Positions 49,201 through 61,200 are shown, numbered from the stretch's first letter. The stretch: 64,000 nucleotides of DNA from Babesia bigemina (GCF_000981445.1 NC_027218.1:992001-1056000); one strand, 5' to 3'. The notes: generated by a model not told the origin, from the sequence alone. Translations and numbers: made by a program.

Positions 49201-49953
49201 TACATCACCTCACCACCGCTCACCTAACCCACTACCTAGCAACCCACCGCCTAGCCTAACACTCACCCGAATATATTACCTAATGCCTACTCTGCAATTC
49301 GGTAGTCACTGTAGTTTACCCATTGACAGGTTCGTGGTTTGGGATGTCGAGTTGTCAGCTACCGCTGAAACGTGCCCACGCCCTCCCATGGCTTTAGTGG
49401 GCAGCGATGTTGGGTGATAGGCCAACAATGTAGGACGCTGAAAAGTGCTGTGATATGTAAAAGAGAGTCGTATGCAACGTGACTGTTTGGCGTGATAGCT
49501 GCAATGTGCGTCGCTAGGCAATGAACGTCGACGGGGCAGTGACGTGATGACCAGTGCACGGCATCGTTATGGCGGTGATGGTAGCGGTATAGATGAGAAA
49601 TGTAATCAGAAAGCAACCCATCTCAAATAGGCAGTCATTAGAACACAAATGTGATGGTATTTACAAGCGGCGTTGGCACCTTTGTACTGTCCATGATAAG
49701 TGATGTTGACTGCTCCACTGGCACCGTCTGACCTGCATGTCACGGTAGGGATACCACAACCATGCGTTGACACTGTTATATGTCCTTTGTAAGATCTGCA
49801 TCGTAGTTATGTGACTGGCGGACCGGTGGATGGGAGTAGCCCTGTTGGTAGTGAAGCCGATGGGAGGTCAGTGTCCTTGCCGAGGTTCGTGTTCATGAGT
49901 GGTTGGCGAGTGCTTGCATAGGTGCGTGTTTATGTGGTAGGTTGAGTGAGAAG
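49201..49953 (+). repeat. Conserved ves 3' flank, copy 2
   Basis: Colinear with 37182-37894. Confidence 0.85.
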
Positions 49954-50517
49954 ATGTCGTATGATTGGTTTCTCGAGTGTACGTGTGGCAAAAGTTGTAC
50001 GACACGTGAGTGTTATTGCTGTCACTGGTGTTGTAAAGTTTGTGAAACAAAGTGTCTTCGATGTCGCAATTTGTCTCAATCGCGCAGAAGTGGATTTGCG
50101 AAATGCCATGATTCAATATGTAAACACTGTAACAGAGACACATGTCCATGTCAGTGTTGTAATGCGAGACGCCCTGTCGTCTTTACTCGTTCCCTGTCAT
50201 CTACTACTCAACAGCGTGGCGCTTCTTCCTCCAGTGGCGTCTCTGCCCCCTGTTCCCCCGGTCACACCACTCTCCCCCCTTTAGCACAGCAAACCGGTCG
50301 ACACTCTACCACCAATTCCCCCTCCGTCCTCCCCATCATCATCGCCGTCGTCGTCCTCATCATCCTCGTCACCATTTTCATATCGATTGTCGGATTGTGG
50401 CTTATGCGTCTTACAGACACACAGAGGATGGTGCTTGAAATAAGGCGTTTGAGCACGGATGCAAAACCTGCGCCTCACGCACCGCCTATCTCTCCACTGC
50501 AGCACGGCCTCAACTAA
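49954..50517 (+). CDS. Small 18-Cys protein with Ser/Pro linker and TM (copy 3, downstream of ves #2)
   Basis: ATG at 49954 (MSYDWFLECTC...), 18 Cys, TM LPIIIAVVVLIILVTIFISIVGLW. Confidence 0.7.
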   Translation: MSYDWFLECTCGKSCTTRECYCCHWCCKVCETKCLRCRNLSQSRRSGFAKCHDSICKHCNRDTCPCQCCNARRPVVFTRSLSSTTQQRGASSSSGVSAPCSPGHTTLPPLAQQTGRHSTTNSPSVLPIIIAVVVLIILVTIFISIVGLWLMRLTDTQRMVLEIRRLSTDAKPAPHAPPISPLQHGLN

Positions 50518-51095
50518 CCTGCAGGGTTTTAGGTAATGAAAGTCTACCGACAGTGTCTCACTAGCTTATGTGTTTGACTAGGCTTCTCTCTTTTAGTAGT
50601 ATGTGGAACTGATCTGGTGGTAGTTCAGTACGTCACATGATGAGTGATGCACCATGTGACGTGCTGGACCATCTGTTAGGTTGGCAAGTGGCATGTGGTT
50701 GAGAGGTGCTGTATAGTGGCGTGCCCAGCGGCAGCACTGTGCCGATCTGGAACATTAAGCACGCAATTCAGGTCAGCTAGTGATGTATCAGAATGACCAG
50801 TGTAGAACAGAGCAGATGTCCGGCAGACTTGGCGCTTCTCTTGGGCACTACATTGTTGGTTGCTGTTTTACTATATCACTATCAAGACATGTCTTATGAA
50901 TGCATGCGGGAGGGTATGATAATGGCGTGTCAGCGTTGTGAGGTCTAGATATACGGTTGCCCCAGCAAAAGGCGTATGATAGGATACATACATGATCACA
51001 GACATTGTGTATCGTAAGTTGACTGAGGATATAAGTAGACCGAGAAGCGTGAAGCATTACTGTGCAGAGTTGTTTGTCAAGGAAGTTAGGGGAAG

Positions 51096-51299
51096 ATGGT
51101 GAAACTGTGTAATAATTCTTGTTCTAAAGGAGACTGCGCTACATGTGTGGGCGGTAGTATTGCCATCGGCGTTGTTGCATTTCCAGCCCTCGCTATATTG
51201 GTACTGTACATCCTCGGTATATTCTACAACAAAAGTCTTGGTACAATTTTCGCCGAAATACGTGATGGTTTCCGTGGTACCAAGCCTTCACTCCACTAA
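51096..51299 (+). CDS. Possible 67-aa single-TM microprotein
   Basis: Four N-terminal Cys, a hydrophobic stretch (IAIGVVAFPALAILVLYILGIF), and a purine-rich ggaagATG start context like the 18-Cys ORFs. Confidence 0.3.
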   Translation: MVKLCNNSCSKGDCATCVGGSIAIGVVAFPALAILVLYILGIFYNKSLGTIFAEIRDGFRGTKPSLH

Positions 51300-51563
51300 A
51301 ATCATAGCATCATCCAGTCCACATAGCCTCCTTTTAGCCATGTCACATCCGATCTCAATTTTATGACTTTAACCGATGCATACTATGGCTATTATAGATT
51401 TCCGCTGACAGCACGCTAGGTAACCAGTGGTCGTACTAGGCTGTTATAGCAGCTTCAGTTCCGAAGGTGACCATGGCACTGTAAGCTATACCCAAATACA
51501 CCTAATAACCACTGTACCACAATCTTACACAAGATAACATATTATCACTCACGCCTATAATTG

Positions 51564-52217
51564 CTAATTTGCACCGCGTATCGCATCATGGTCCTCACCG
51601 CCGCAGCTGGGAGTGAGGATGGAGGAAATGACACTTCCCGGTTGCCATATCTTAGGCAAATCCACTTTCTTAAATCCCATCCTGACTCTGCTCTTGAGGC
51701 AGATGTTACATGGGTCGAAGAGGTGAGTGTCGAAGGTGGAGTCCCAGCTGTCAGTCAGGAACGCCTGGAGGGGGGAGTTGGAAGAAGTGATATCGCTGCC
51801 GTAGTGGCAATCCTGCCAACCACCAAGGGATTTGTCCCGATTACACTGCGACTTCAGGAACGCCAACTGGTGGCAGCAGGCGTACACGTAGTCACGCAGA
51901 TGGCAGAGGAGGGCGCAGCAATCAGGCTCGTCAGATTGGGTGGAAGAGTTAGGGTTCACGATTCTTGATGACACGTTTGCCTTCCACTTAGGCGCAATGG
52001 ATGTAAGCACCGAACCTGCGAACATGGTGGTAAGCTGGAGTATGTCGAAGACATCTTTGGGTCTGATGTGAGATCCGTTGACAGAAAGAGCAAGCTGTGA
52101 GGGGTCTTTATGCAAGCCACTAAATGCCTTTTTAATACACTGTTTTAGAGTCTCATGATGCTGTTTGTTCTTAAGCCCTGCCAGCCACTGAAGCATATCC
52201 CGGACAGTGCGTGGCAC
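51564..52217 (-). pseudogene. Internal fragment of a ves-family gene of a different subtype
   Basis: PRTVRDMLQWLAGL, HQLAFLKSQC..GGWQDCHYG, SPLQAFLTD and RMGF match the Cys-rich region of the full ves genes in order. There is no ves N-terminus and no TM/tail. Confidence 0.7.
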
Positions 52218-52675
52218 CTCGGCGGGGAACAGCTCTGTGTTGGGGATGTCGGTGGAGTCATCCGCGGGTTTTGAGGTAGCCCAGGGAGCAAGGCATAATT
52301 CAATGTCCGGTTGTTTGATAGTTTTTGGTCAAAGTCTTCGGTAATTGAATGAGGAGCAGCGTCAAACGGTTCTATGTTGAGATCGATGGCGGAAGTGGGC
52401 GGGCTTATTACGTCGAGTGGCTGGACGCTTGGGTGGTGGTGGTGGTGGATGATCGTATCCCATGTCTATGTCAGACATTAAATAATGTATTAAGTTCTGC
52501 ATTTAATCAGTCACTAACGCAGCCACTTGGTCACTCAATATGTCATGTACTAGGTCAGTTGCTTGCTCACCACTTTGGTCAGGTGGTTGATCACCTCACT
52601 GCTCATGCGATTGGTCATCAACGCAATCATTACTGTCTGTAACATTGGGTGTAGTTGCCATTTAGGTTATTGTGA

Positions 52676-53134
52676 TTAGCTGCGCAGCAGATACCGCACC
52701 CTGTGGAACGGCCGGATGCGGAAGTAGATCATGACGCAGATGACGAGGATGATGAGGGCGACGACGGCGATGATGTAAGGGGCGGGGGAGGGAGATGAAT
52801 TAGAGGCGCCGGTTGAAGCCTCTTGATCGGCGGCTTGAGGCTGAGAATGGAGGATCTGAGGCAGAACGCCGGGGGCAGGGGCAGTAAACCGTTGACCGGT
52901 AGATGAAAGGACATAGACAGCAGGGCGTTTTGCCACACAACATGGACATGGGCACTTGGTTTCACATTTTGTACATCTCGAATGATCGCACTGCCACTGT
53001 CCACTCATGCGCGAAATTCGGAAACTCGCACATCGAACACAAAATCGTTCGCATCCTTTACAACACCATGAACAGCAATAACAATCAGATATCGTACAGT
53101 GTTTATTACAATAACACGGGGGAGTGTAGCTCAT
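52676..53134 (-). CDS. Small 18-Cys protein with linker and TM (copy 4, downstream of ves #3)
   Basis: ATG at 53134 (MSYTPPCYC...), 18 Cys, TM YIIAVVALIILVICVMIYFRIRPFHRVR, with a tail nearly the same as copy 1. Confidence 0.72.
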   Translation of the reverse strand: MSYTPPCYCNKHCTISDCYCCSWCCKGCERFCVRCASFRISRMSGQWQCDHSRCTKCETKCPCPCCVAKRPAVYVLSSTGQRFTAPAPGVLPQILHSQPQAADQEASTGASNSSPSPAPYIIAVVALIILVICVMIYFRIRPFHRVRYLLRS

Positions 53135-54007
53135 CTTCCCTTCCCCTCCCAGTCCTCTCAACCTGCAGACATATCAATCACCTAGCAACGCACTCACCAA
53201 CTGCAACGCGTACCACTGCCGCTCCCAGTCCCCTCAACCTGCAAACATATCAAGCACTCAAGCAGCACTCACCAACTGCAACACGAACACGCACCTCAGC
53301 AGCGACACTGACCGTATCACATCGGCGTCACGGTAGCAGCCAGATGAACTCCATCCACATCACAGCCGATTACATCACTACTATGCAGCTAACAAAACTG
53401 AAGTAGTTCCCAGTCAAGGCATGTGAACGGTATCCTGGTCATGGCATGCAGGCCAATCGGTGTCAGTCGTGGAGTCAACTCCATCCATCACAGAAAATCC
53501 GACGTTGCGACTGCGGATTATTCATGTCATCACATTTTCGTCATAATAAGTGCCTAAGCGAGCCATATTGCTTGATTAACATGCATATTATTTACACTGC
53601 TACCATCAACGTCACAACCCCGCCGTCCACTGGCCATCACATCACTGCCCCGGCGACGTTCATTGCCTAACAACGCACATGATAGCTAACGTGCCAAACA
53701 GTCACGCTCCCTACTACGCGCTTTCACTTATGACAACACGCTTCAGCAGCGTCCATTGGTGGCTTATCACTCAACATCACTGCCCACGAAAACCATGGGA
53801 GGGCGTGGGCACTTTTCACAGGTAACTCACAACTCGACATCCCAAACAACGAACATATCAATGAATGAACTACATCGACTGCCAGATTGCTGAGTGGATA
53901 TTAAGTTAGATATGTGGTTTGGTATTAGGTAATATGCTTGGGTGAGTAATAGGTTAGGCGGTGGGTTGCTAGGTAGTGAGTTAGGTGAGTGGTGGTGAGG
54001 TGGTCTA
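53135..54007 (-). repeat. Conserved ves 3' flank, copy 3 (contains a ~76-bp tandem duplication at 53146-53290)
   Basis: Reverse complement is colinear with 37182-37894. The unit ctcccagtcc.ctcaacctgca.acatatcaa...gcactcaccaactgcaac starts at 53146 and again at 53222. Confidence 0.85.
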
Positions 54008-57000
54008 TCAAGGTTGCAGATATGATATCTTCCCCAGTTTACTGACACGTCCAGCAGCAAGTAGTGATTGGGCGGCGATGCGGTGAGATGAGGGACTATG
54101 TAGATGCGATTTGATGTGGAGCAGGTCGAGGCGGATGACCATGATGTGGAGCAGGTAGAGGAGAGAAAGGAGCCATAGGGCTACGGTGGTCCAGAAGAAG
54201 GGCTCTCTGATCACCCATAGATATTCTGGAATTATATCAAATACCAACTTGGCAAGTGGAGCTTCAACATGCTTTTCTTTGTTAAGCACGTTGTCCAATG
54301 CGCGGCAGAAATCTTGGCACGTGCGTTTTTTCTCCATCTTGTTATTTCCACCGCTAAGGTCGAATGGACTGCCAAACGTAAATCCGTATGTATACAATAT
54401 TGAGTGTGTATTAGAGCAATTTACAATGGAATTGCACTCATCATTGTGCTTTTTGCCATCGAGTGCCTTTAAGTCTTCTTTATTGTCAGTTGATTTATTG
54501 GCTTTATAAACTGATGCTACATGACAATCTTTGGCACAGCGTGTACCATAGCATATTGACCCTGGGGACGTGCAGCTTTTGCAACATCTATCAGATAGGT
54601 CTTTAAGTAAATTATAGAATGTTTCTGCCTGGTATATAATCCATGAAAGATATAGACCAGCGTGCTCTCCATAGTACAGCAGTCGGATGTCGTCGCCGAT
54701 AGATTGTAAGTATCGGCCGCATGGCATTGTTGGCGAATCCTCAGGATTACAAGATAGGAGGCTGAATAAGTCACCTTTCTCATGGGTTGGTTTCCCGTCG
54801 GTTGGATTATGTTTGCTAGTACACAATATGGTACTTGGGTTTAAGGCATCGAAAGGACATCCGAGATTGGCTCTAGTGACGGCATCGTTAAATGCTAGTC
54901 GCCTGTGCTCTTTTTGCGTTGACCGGTCATCATCATAGTGGTCAAGGAAGTTGTAATAAAACGCAAACATGTCGCACAAAGTTTGCGGAGGACGGCGCAG
55001 CAGCAGTAAGAAATAGGAGCAAAGCAAGTTCAGCGATTCGTTTTCTGTGCCACAGAACCAATCGAGCACCTTTTTGATACGTTCACCTTTTTGCTGATGA
55101 GACGCCCGTATACTTAGGTCCCGGAAACCCATCGGCGTCTTACACGGGATGCCGTTGTGGTTGGGCAGCGAACATGTTATCTTACAATCAGGCTTCTCGA
55201 ATGGATGCGGCAGGAACCCCGGCAAACCATCTTCCAGGAACAATTGCAGGGGTGATTTTACGCCGCAGGAGTAATATTGCCTGCACTTTTGGTCACACTC
55301 TTGGTTGGAGCATTGCAGCTCATTGCACTGCCAACGAGACCCGCCTACACCCTTGCCGTATAGGCAGTCACGCCACCCACCGCACTCAGGACCGTTGTGG
55401 CACTGCTTAAATAGGAAACGAATCTGATGATTCACCCGCAACGATATCTCCACGAGCAAATCGAGACATTTATCTGGGTTGCTTGGATACAACAAATCAT
55501 CCGGATTTGTGAGGAAGTCACAGGCGTACCGTCCGTCCTCTTGACCATGACCGAGTATGGCGATCAGCATCTTATTTGCGCGAATTGTTGAGTTGTTGAA
55601 CACGTATATTAATTCCTTGCGAGTCAGTGTTCTAGTCATGCTAACGCTTCTCCTATAAGGCAGAGCGACTTTTAGCTTATCAGTTTCAACTTTGTTTTCC
55701 CTTTCGACATCTTCCAACAATTTTTTAAGGCTCTCCTGCAGAGGAACGAACACAGGGTTGTACCAGAGCCCACCGAGCCAATGCAACATTTCGTATATTG
55801 TGGTCGGTGCCCTGGCGTCCGGGATGTCTCGGCGGTGACATACTTCGTAGTATTTCTCAAGGTGGTAGTGGAGATCCTGCAGCGCGCCATCCGTTTTGTC
55901 TGGCCCAGCGTATATTTTGTCGTTTACTCTCGTGCCATCGCCAACCAGTCGAGTGATTATGTCTGCGCCCGTCTTGATCCTGCTCAACTCGCCGTTTTGG
56001 GTGTCCTTATCAACAGACACTGTAAAACCGCGATGCTGGAACCAAGCGCCCAGGTGATTATCAGTTTTCTCACTATTAGCGATATTATATAAACGAATGT
56101 GTTTATCATTCCACTCGCCTTTAGTCTTTACCTTATTACGCAATCCATCGAGATCATGGAACAGTATCTCTAGCATGGTAAGGCAGACCTTGGCGCATTT
56201 ATCACCATTAATTTCCCACTTAAAAACATAAGCCGCTCCGCAGTACGTGGAGATATATGCCCTGCCGAGTTCCCTAAGGAAAGACTGAAGACCTGACTTG
56301 AGGATGTAGAGCAAAGGATCGCAGTGCCTGCCGAACTTAAACGGGCTCATTGGTTCAAGGAACCGTACGAATTCCTCGAGTTTCGATGCGAATGACTTAT
56401 TGAAGTACCCAGACGATAGCGTGCCGAAAAGTCCTCGAGTGTGATGATCAAGCCTATCAAAGTAATCTGAAATGGGATCTTTAATGGGCTGTGCAGATAA
56501 AAACTGTTGCCCTGTGGACGTCCTGCGCATTTCACCTGAGTAACCTGCACGTCCAGCAGGTTGGGGTGCATTCGGGTCCTTTGATGATACAGATAGCATG
56601 GCCGGCCTCGCTCTGTAACCGCCACCCGAAATGGGTGGCGGGGCTGGTCGCGATACGGGATTGTCATCGGTATCGCTATCGCCCTCCACTTCCATGCCGT
56701 CGTATAGAAACTTCACGTACTTGTGAAGAATATCGTAGAGGCCTTTAAACTTTGCAGCCACCGAACCCATAGTTTCCGCATTTGTTAGTTCCGCATTTTT
56801 CATATTAAACCATGTTTTCAGCAACTGTAGTAAACCTTTGATACCGGTGAGTCTATCTTCCTCAATTATTTTCCCCACATTTATTTGTTGCCTTTCAACC
56901 AACGATTGTAAGGCTCTTATGTTGGCTATGCGATCCTTGGCGTACATCGTGCGAACTTCAGCAGTGATTTTGTCGAACGCTTCTTTAACTCGAACTTTAA

Positions 57001-60000
57001 CGCTTGACCCAAGCATATTAAACCTGTGATCAGCATCCTTGAAAGATTCATTAAGGTAATGATCAGAAAGAGTAACACATATGTCGAATGTTTCACTAGA
57101 TTTAGCAATAGTGTCCGTCGTATTTTTTATTAAAGTTTGGAGTTGAGTGAAACGGTCCCTACGAGCATTCAAATCTGTACGGAAGGCCGAATTTTCTTCC
57201 ACAGTTTTCTGCAGCTCTTTGAAAATCTCGGTAAACGATTCTCCTAATTGCTTTCTTTTTAGCATTTCCTTAGGCTCTTTTTTTTTCGACTTATCATCTT
57301 TAAAAATGTCATCCTGAAGCGCAGTAATTTTTCCTTTCAGTTTCTCAATTTCTCTACTAACGGCCGCCGTGTATTGCAATTCAGCTGTATTTACCTTTTG
57401 TCGAATCGCATAAATTGCGTTACTAAGATACGTCTTCGCGGAACTTTGGTAGGCCTTTTTATAGGCAGCAGAGAGGGTGGCAAGTGTGCCTGTAATTAAT
57501 TTCTGAAGTTGGTTGAAGCATTCTTTACGTTCAGTGAAATCAGCTATGAATATTGAGTTTTTTTCTACTTGCTGTAGAAACTCTGTGAATGGTACAGTGA
57601 GCGTTCCAGTTAATGGGGCTCTCGTTGCCTGTTTTGTAAACACTTCATGATTAATCCCAGATAAATCGACATCTAGTTTAACCTTAGTCACATAAGTATG
57701 TTGTACCTTATTAACTGCGCCTTTTATTGCACTGATCGCTCCATTGAGATAAGCCTTAGCCGCGCTCTTGTATGCATTTTGGTAAGCGGTGTCAAGAGTA
57801 TGCACATTATTAGTAATAAGGTCTCTCAGATTGTCGAAATACGTTTCTCGATCGGCGATGTCACTCTGAAAGACGGATTTTTGTTTGATTGCTTCGGTTA
57901 TCTGCTTGAGGGGTGCGTCAATGTTAGAGATGACTTCGCCAAGTTTATCTTGTCTTGCCTTCTCCATAAGATGCACAATCTCCGATGCAATCCGAGAAGT
58001 TAAGCCATTGATAGACATTTGATATTGCACCTCAGCTGCTTTCACTTCCGCATTTATCTTGCTAATCGCCCCGCTGAGGTACGATTTGGCAGCGCTCTTA
58101 TATGCATTTTTGTAGGCAACAGACAGTGTGGAAATCGTATCGTTGAATAGTTGCATGAGGTTAGAAAAGTACTTCTCACGCGCTTTTTTGTCATCATCGT
58201 AAACAGAATGATCGGTGACGGCCGATTGAATAGTGGAGAAATGTCTTTCATATCCGCCGAGAAAACCTTCAAGTTGGTCATTCTGAGCATTCGTTTTAAG
58301 AGTTTGTATATGTACCTTAATCAGCTGAAGTGCAGCCTTAACCGATTTTCGATACGCCTGGTCGGATTTTATAACATCGGCGTTGGCTTCTTTAAGTGTA
58401 TAATCCAAAAGAGATGAGGTGACATCATAAATCCAAGCAATAATGTCAGTGTCGTTATCTCCGTTGGATCGAAGTTTGGCTTCAATTCGGCTCTCTATGG
58501 TACTAATGTAACTTGGCAGTTTAGTGAATGTATTATTTATGTCACCCCTATAAGATGAATTAAAATCTTTGTTAAGGGCATTAAGTTTTGCAACAACTTG
58601 TTTAGCCAAATTTTTGGCTTCGCCCGTCCTGTTCTTAGACTCAGTCTTCAATACATGCCCGAACGCATCCATAATTTTTTTTTTCAATCCAAAGTCTGTG
58701 CATAATACATATACATCAGCCTGCACTAAGGCCTCCACTAAATCCTTTTCTGCCTGCTCGGCCAAGCTTTCCAATGACCTTTTATACCCCGCAAATACTT
58801 TATCAGTATTGGCAAATTTATCTTCTAAGTTTTTTAAATTCTTGGTAATTTGTTCCGCATCTTTATTAAGCAAAAGTTTAATCGCTTGTGTCTGATTTCC
58901 AACAGGCTCCTTTTCTAATCTCTTTAACGCGTCCATACTATCAAGTCTATCAGTTTCCACAGTATCCAACTTCTCCTGAATCTTCTGAATAGCATTTTTA
59001 AACGAAACGTTATTTAACCCTCCGTGCGCCATAATGCAGTCTTGAGCCTTCCCAATAATATTATCCAAATTCGTCTGAGCTTTTCGGGCCAAACCACTTA
59101 ATTTCGATTTATGCTTATTAAATGCATCATCAGGGCCATCAATATTACCTTGCAAACTAGTAACATGAATCTCAACAGCGCTTCCACCTGGATTTTTCGC
59201 ATCCGTAATATGCCCAATATGCACTCCGACAGGGTCTTGTGCCAACTCCTGAAGCGTTTTCAGACTATTAACGTGTGTATCAACAGTATTCAATCTTTCT
59301 TCAATTTGATTTAGAGCCACCTCAACCGTTTTATTCTTCAACCCTCCTAAGTTCTTGGCGTGTTCGTTGGCGCAATGAAGAGCTTTTGTTAGATCATTTC
59401 TGGCTTGCTCAACGAGACTTATCAACTCATCTTGATGCTTATTTTTAAATGTTTCGGTAGGTTCTTCAATCGTAGTATTTAATGTTTTTAATGCATTAGT
59501 CATGTTCGTTGCGCCCTCACTCAACTCCTGTCTAATCGCTTCGATCTGCGGCCCCACAGTCACAGCCTTTAAATCAAGTAATGCCTTTTGGTCTTCAACA
59601 GTATCCGCGCTATTCAACATTTTTTCAATAATCTCAATCGCACTTTTAACTACTCCATTCCTTAACCCTCCCAAGTTAGAAGCGTTGCTGTTTGCACGTT
59701 CCACCGCATGCTGCAAATCTTTTTGTGCCAGGGCGAGGCGTTTATTTATGAAATCGTCACGTAAAGCGACAATATCATTTTTAACTTTCTGTTTGATCTT
59801 TTTAATTGCTTTTTCATACTCACCAATTGTAATCGTAACATTATCGGATATGAATTTATAAAGTTCGGCAGGCAATTTATTAAAAGTCGACTCGATAACT
59901 TTCACTGCTCTCGATAAATCTTCGTCATGTAAAGCATGCTGCAGCATTTCTATTCCCTCATCAATTTTTTCTAGCGGCACATTCAATTTATCTTTTAAGC

Positions 60001-60820
60001 CAGTATCAAGGCCATTAAATCCTTCATCATTTTTCCTAATGCCAGTCAAAAATGCTTTGAGTTTAACTATAGACTGCATTAATGAAGTATTTATCGCTGT
60101 ACAACCATTGTCTTTCACAGCTTCAATATTCTGCGAATACTTATTTATATGCTTATCCTTCAACTCACCTAATTGACCCTTAACCTCGTTAGTCCGCTGT
60201 GTAAACATGTTATTCCACATAGACAATGTGGACTCCACACTGCTTATTGCAGAAATAAATCCCGCATGTCCATTACCAATTTTCTTATTGAGAAACTTTA
60301 TGATCTCATCAACATTAACGACGTATTTCCCTACCGCATCATCACTTTTAATACTGTCAAACACTCCATTTAAGAACATTGTAACGGCGTCTCGCAGGCG
60401 GTCACAATCGCCGTAAACTATGCCCTCCCCAGTATAATTTCCAGAATTGTAGCCTATAAAGGTTTCTAAGCCGGCACATAATTGCGTTAAAAAGTTTTTT
60501 TCGGGATATTTCGAAGTCAGTTGTAGGTTCTCTAATAATGGGGTGAGGCTCTCCTGAAGTTTATCGAAGGATTTCTCCTGCTCGCCAAGTTTGTTAAGCA
60601 TAGATCGCTTCGCTGCGATATCATATATTTTTTCGACCTTTTCCTTTCGGCTATTAATACCATCTTGAGTAACCCAGATAGCATCTGTAATGAACTTTTG
60701 CAAAGCCTCTGACAAGTTCTTAATACCATCCGTTTTCCCGTTCTTAATCTGTATCAGCCAATCGATGGCCTCGCGGAGGTTTTCCGGGCAGTCAGTGAGC
60801 TTCTTAAATTGAGGGGCCAT
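54008..60820 (-). CDS. ves: VESA-family protein #3, 2270 aa, single ORF, close paralogue of #1
   Basis: Identical start MAPQFKKLTDCPENLREAIDWLIQI, same internal repeats, same Cys-rich region and tail as #1. Confidence 0.85.
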   Translation of the reverse strand: MAPQFKKLTDCPENLREAIDWLIQIKNGKTDGIKNLSEALQKFITDAIWVTQDGINSRKEKVEKIYDIAAKRSMLNKLGEQEKSFDKLQESLTPLLENLQLTSKYPEKNFLTQLCAGLETFIGYNSGNYTGEGIVYGDCDRLRDAVTMFLNGVFDSIKSDDAVGKYVVNVDEIIKFLNKKIGNGHAGFISAISSVESTLSMWNNMFTQRTNEVKGQLGELKDKHINKYSQNIEAVKDNGCTAINTSLMQSIVKLKAFLTGIRKNDEGFNGLDTGLKDKLNVPLEKIDEGIEMLQHALHDEDLSRAVKVIESTFNKLPAELYKFISDNVTITIGEYEKAIKKIKQKVKNDIVALRDDFINKRLALAQKDLQHAVERANSNASNLGGLRNGVVKSAIEIIEKMLNSADTVEDQKALLDLKAVTVGPQIEAIRQELSEGATNMTNALKTLNTTIEEPTETFKNKHQDELISLVEQARNDLTKALHCANEHAKNLGGLKNKTVEVALNQIEERLNTVDTHVNSLKTLQELAQDPVGVHIGHITDAKNPGGSAVEIHVTSLQGNIDGPDDAFNKHKSKLSGLARKAQTNLDNIIGKAQDCIMAHGGLNNVSFKNAIQKIQEKLDTVETDRLDSMDALKRLEKEPVGNQTQAIKLLLNKDAEQITKNLKNLEDKFANTDKVFAGYKRSLESLAEQAEKDLVEALVQADVYVLCTDFGLKKKIMDAFGHVLKTESKNRTGEAKNLAKQVVAKLNALNKDFNSSYRGDINNTFTKLPSYISTIESRIEAKLRSNGDNDTDIIAWIYDVTSSLLDYTLKEANADVIKSDQAYRKSVKAALQLIKVHIQTLKTNAQNDQLEGFLGGYERHFSTIQSAVTDHSVYDDDKKAREKYFSNLMQLFNDTISTLSVAYKNAYKSAAKSYLSGAISKINAEVKAAEVQYQMSINGLTSRIASEIVHLMEKARQDKLGEVISNIDAPLKQITEAIKQKSVFQSDIADRETYFDNLRDLITNNVHTLDTAYQNAYKSAAKAYLNGAISAIKGAVNKVQHTYVTKVKLDVDLSGINHEVFTKQATRAPLTGTLTVPFTEFLQQVEKNSIFIADFTERKECFNQLQKLITGTLATLSAAYKKAYQSSAKTYLSNAIYAIRQKVNTAELQYTAAVSREIEKLKGKITALQDDIFKDDKSKKKEPKEMLKRKQLGESFTEIFKELQKTVEENSAFRTDLNARRDRFTQLQTLIKNTTDTIAKSSETFDICVTLSDHYLNESFKDADHRFNMLGSSVKVRVKEAFDKITAEVRTMYAKDRIANIRALQSLVERQQINVGKIIEEDRLTGIKGLLQLLKTWFNMKNAELTNAETMGSVAAKFKGLYDILHKYVKFLYDGMEVEGDSDTDDNPVSRPAPPPISGGGYRARPAMLSVSSKDPNAPQPAGRAGYSGEMRRTSTGQQFLSAQPIKDPISDYFDRLDHHTRGLFGTLSSGYFNKSFASKLEEFVRFLEPMSPFKFGRHCDPLLYILKSGLQSFLRELGRAYISTYCGAAYVFKWEINGDKCAKVCLTMLEILFHDLDGLRNKVKTKGEWNDKHIRLYNIANSEKTDNHLGAWFQHRGFTVSVDKDTQNGELSRIKTGADIITRLVGDGTRVNDKIYAGPDKTDGALQDLHYHLEKYYEVCHRRDIPDARAPTTIYEMLHWLGGLWYNPVFVPLQESLKKLLEDVERENKVETDKLKVALPYRRSVSMTRTLTRKELIYVFNNSTIRANKMLIAILGHGQEDGRYACDFLTNPDDLLYPSNPDKCLDLLVEISLRVNHQIRFLFKQCHNGPECGGWRDCLYGKGVGGSRWQCNELQCSNQECDQKCRQYYSCGVKSPLQLFLEDGLPGFLPHPFEKPDCKITCSLPNHNGIPCKTPMGFRDLSIRASHQQKGERIKKVLDWFCGTENESLNLLCSYFLLLLRRPPQTLCDMFAFYYNFLDHYDDDRSTQKEHRRLAFNDAVTRANLGCPFDALNPSTILCTSKHNPTDGKPTHEKGDLFSLLSCNPEDSPTMPCGRYLQSIGDDIRLLYYGEHAGLYLSWIIYQAETFYNLLKDLSDRCCKSCTSPGSICYGTRCAKDCHVASVYKANKSTDNKEDLKALDGKKHNDECNSIVNCSNTHSILYTYGFTFGSPFDLSGGNNKMEKKRTCQDFCRALDNVLNKEKHVEAPLAKLVFDIIPEYLWVIREPFFWTTVALWLLSLLYLLHIMVIRLDLLHIKSHLHSPSSHRIAAQSLLAAGRVSKLGKISYLQP

Positions 60821-61200
60821 CGTTCAAAAACTAAAGTTCAACGTATGCGCAACTTCAATATGCCCACCAACAATTTGAGGTTGCAGATTCCGAGTCCACT
60901 GCAGAAATGCGATAAGCACTGGACGGCTGACAAACTGTTCCTTCAGTGCTATAAACTACATTACTTAAGTAAATACACGATTGATGGCGTATTTGAAATT
61001 CACGACAAAACTAGCAGCCGCCTCGCTCATCTAATTGCAACCACCAGTACCCAGACAGCTCGAAATTCTAATCCACTTCGGAGGTGACGTCAGACCTCCA
61101 AAATACAGCCCTATGTTTAGCTTCCTTAAGAAACAGCTAGAGGTGATGCAAGCGGCGCATTAATATTCGCATCGGTTTCTCTCCCACTCCTTTGCAATAA
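60821..61200 (-). promoter_or_regulatory. Conserved ves 5' flank, copy 3
   Basis: Reverse complement is colinear with 29940-30317, e.g. ttgcaaaggagtgggagagaaaccgat.cgaatattaatg. Confidence 0.5.
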
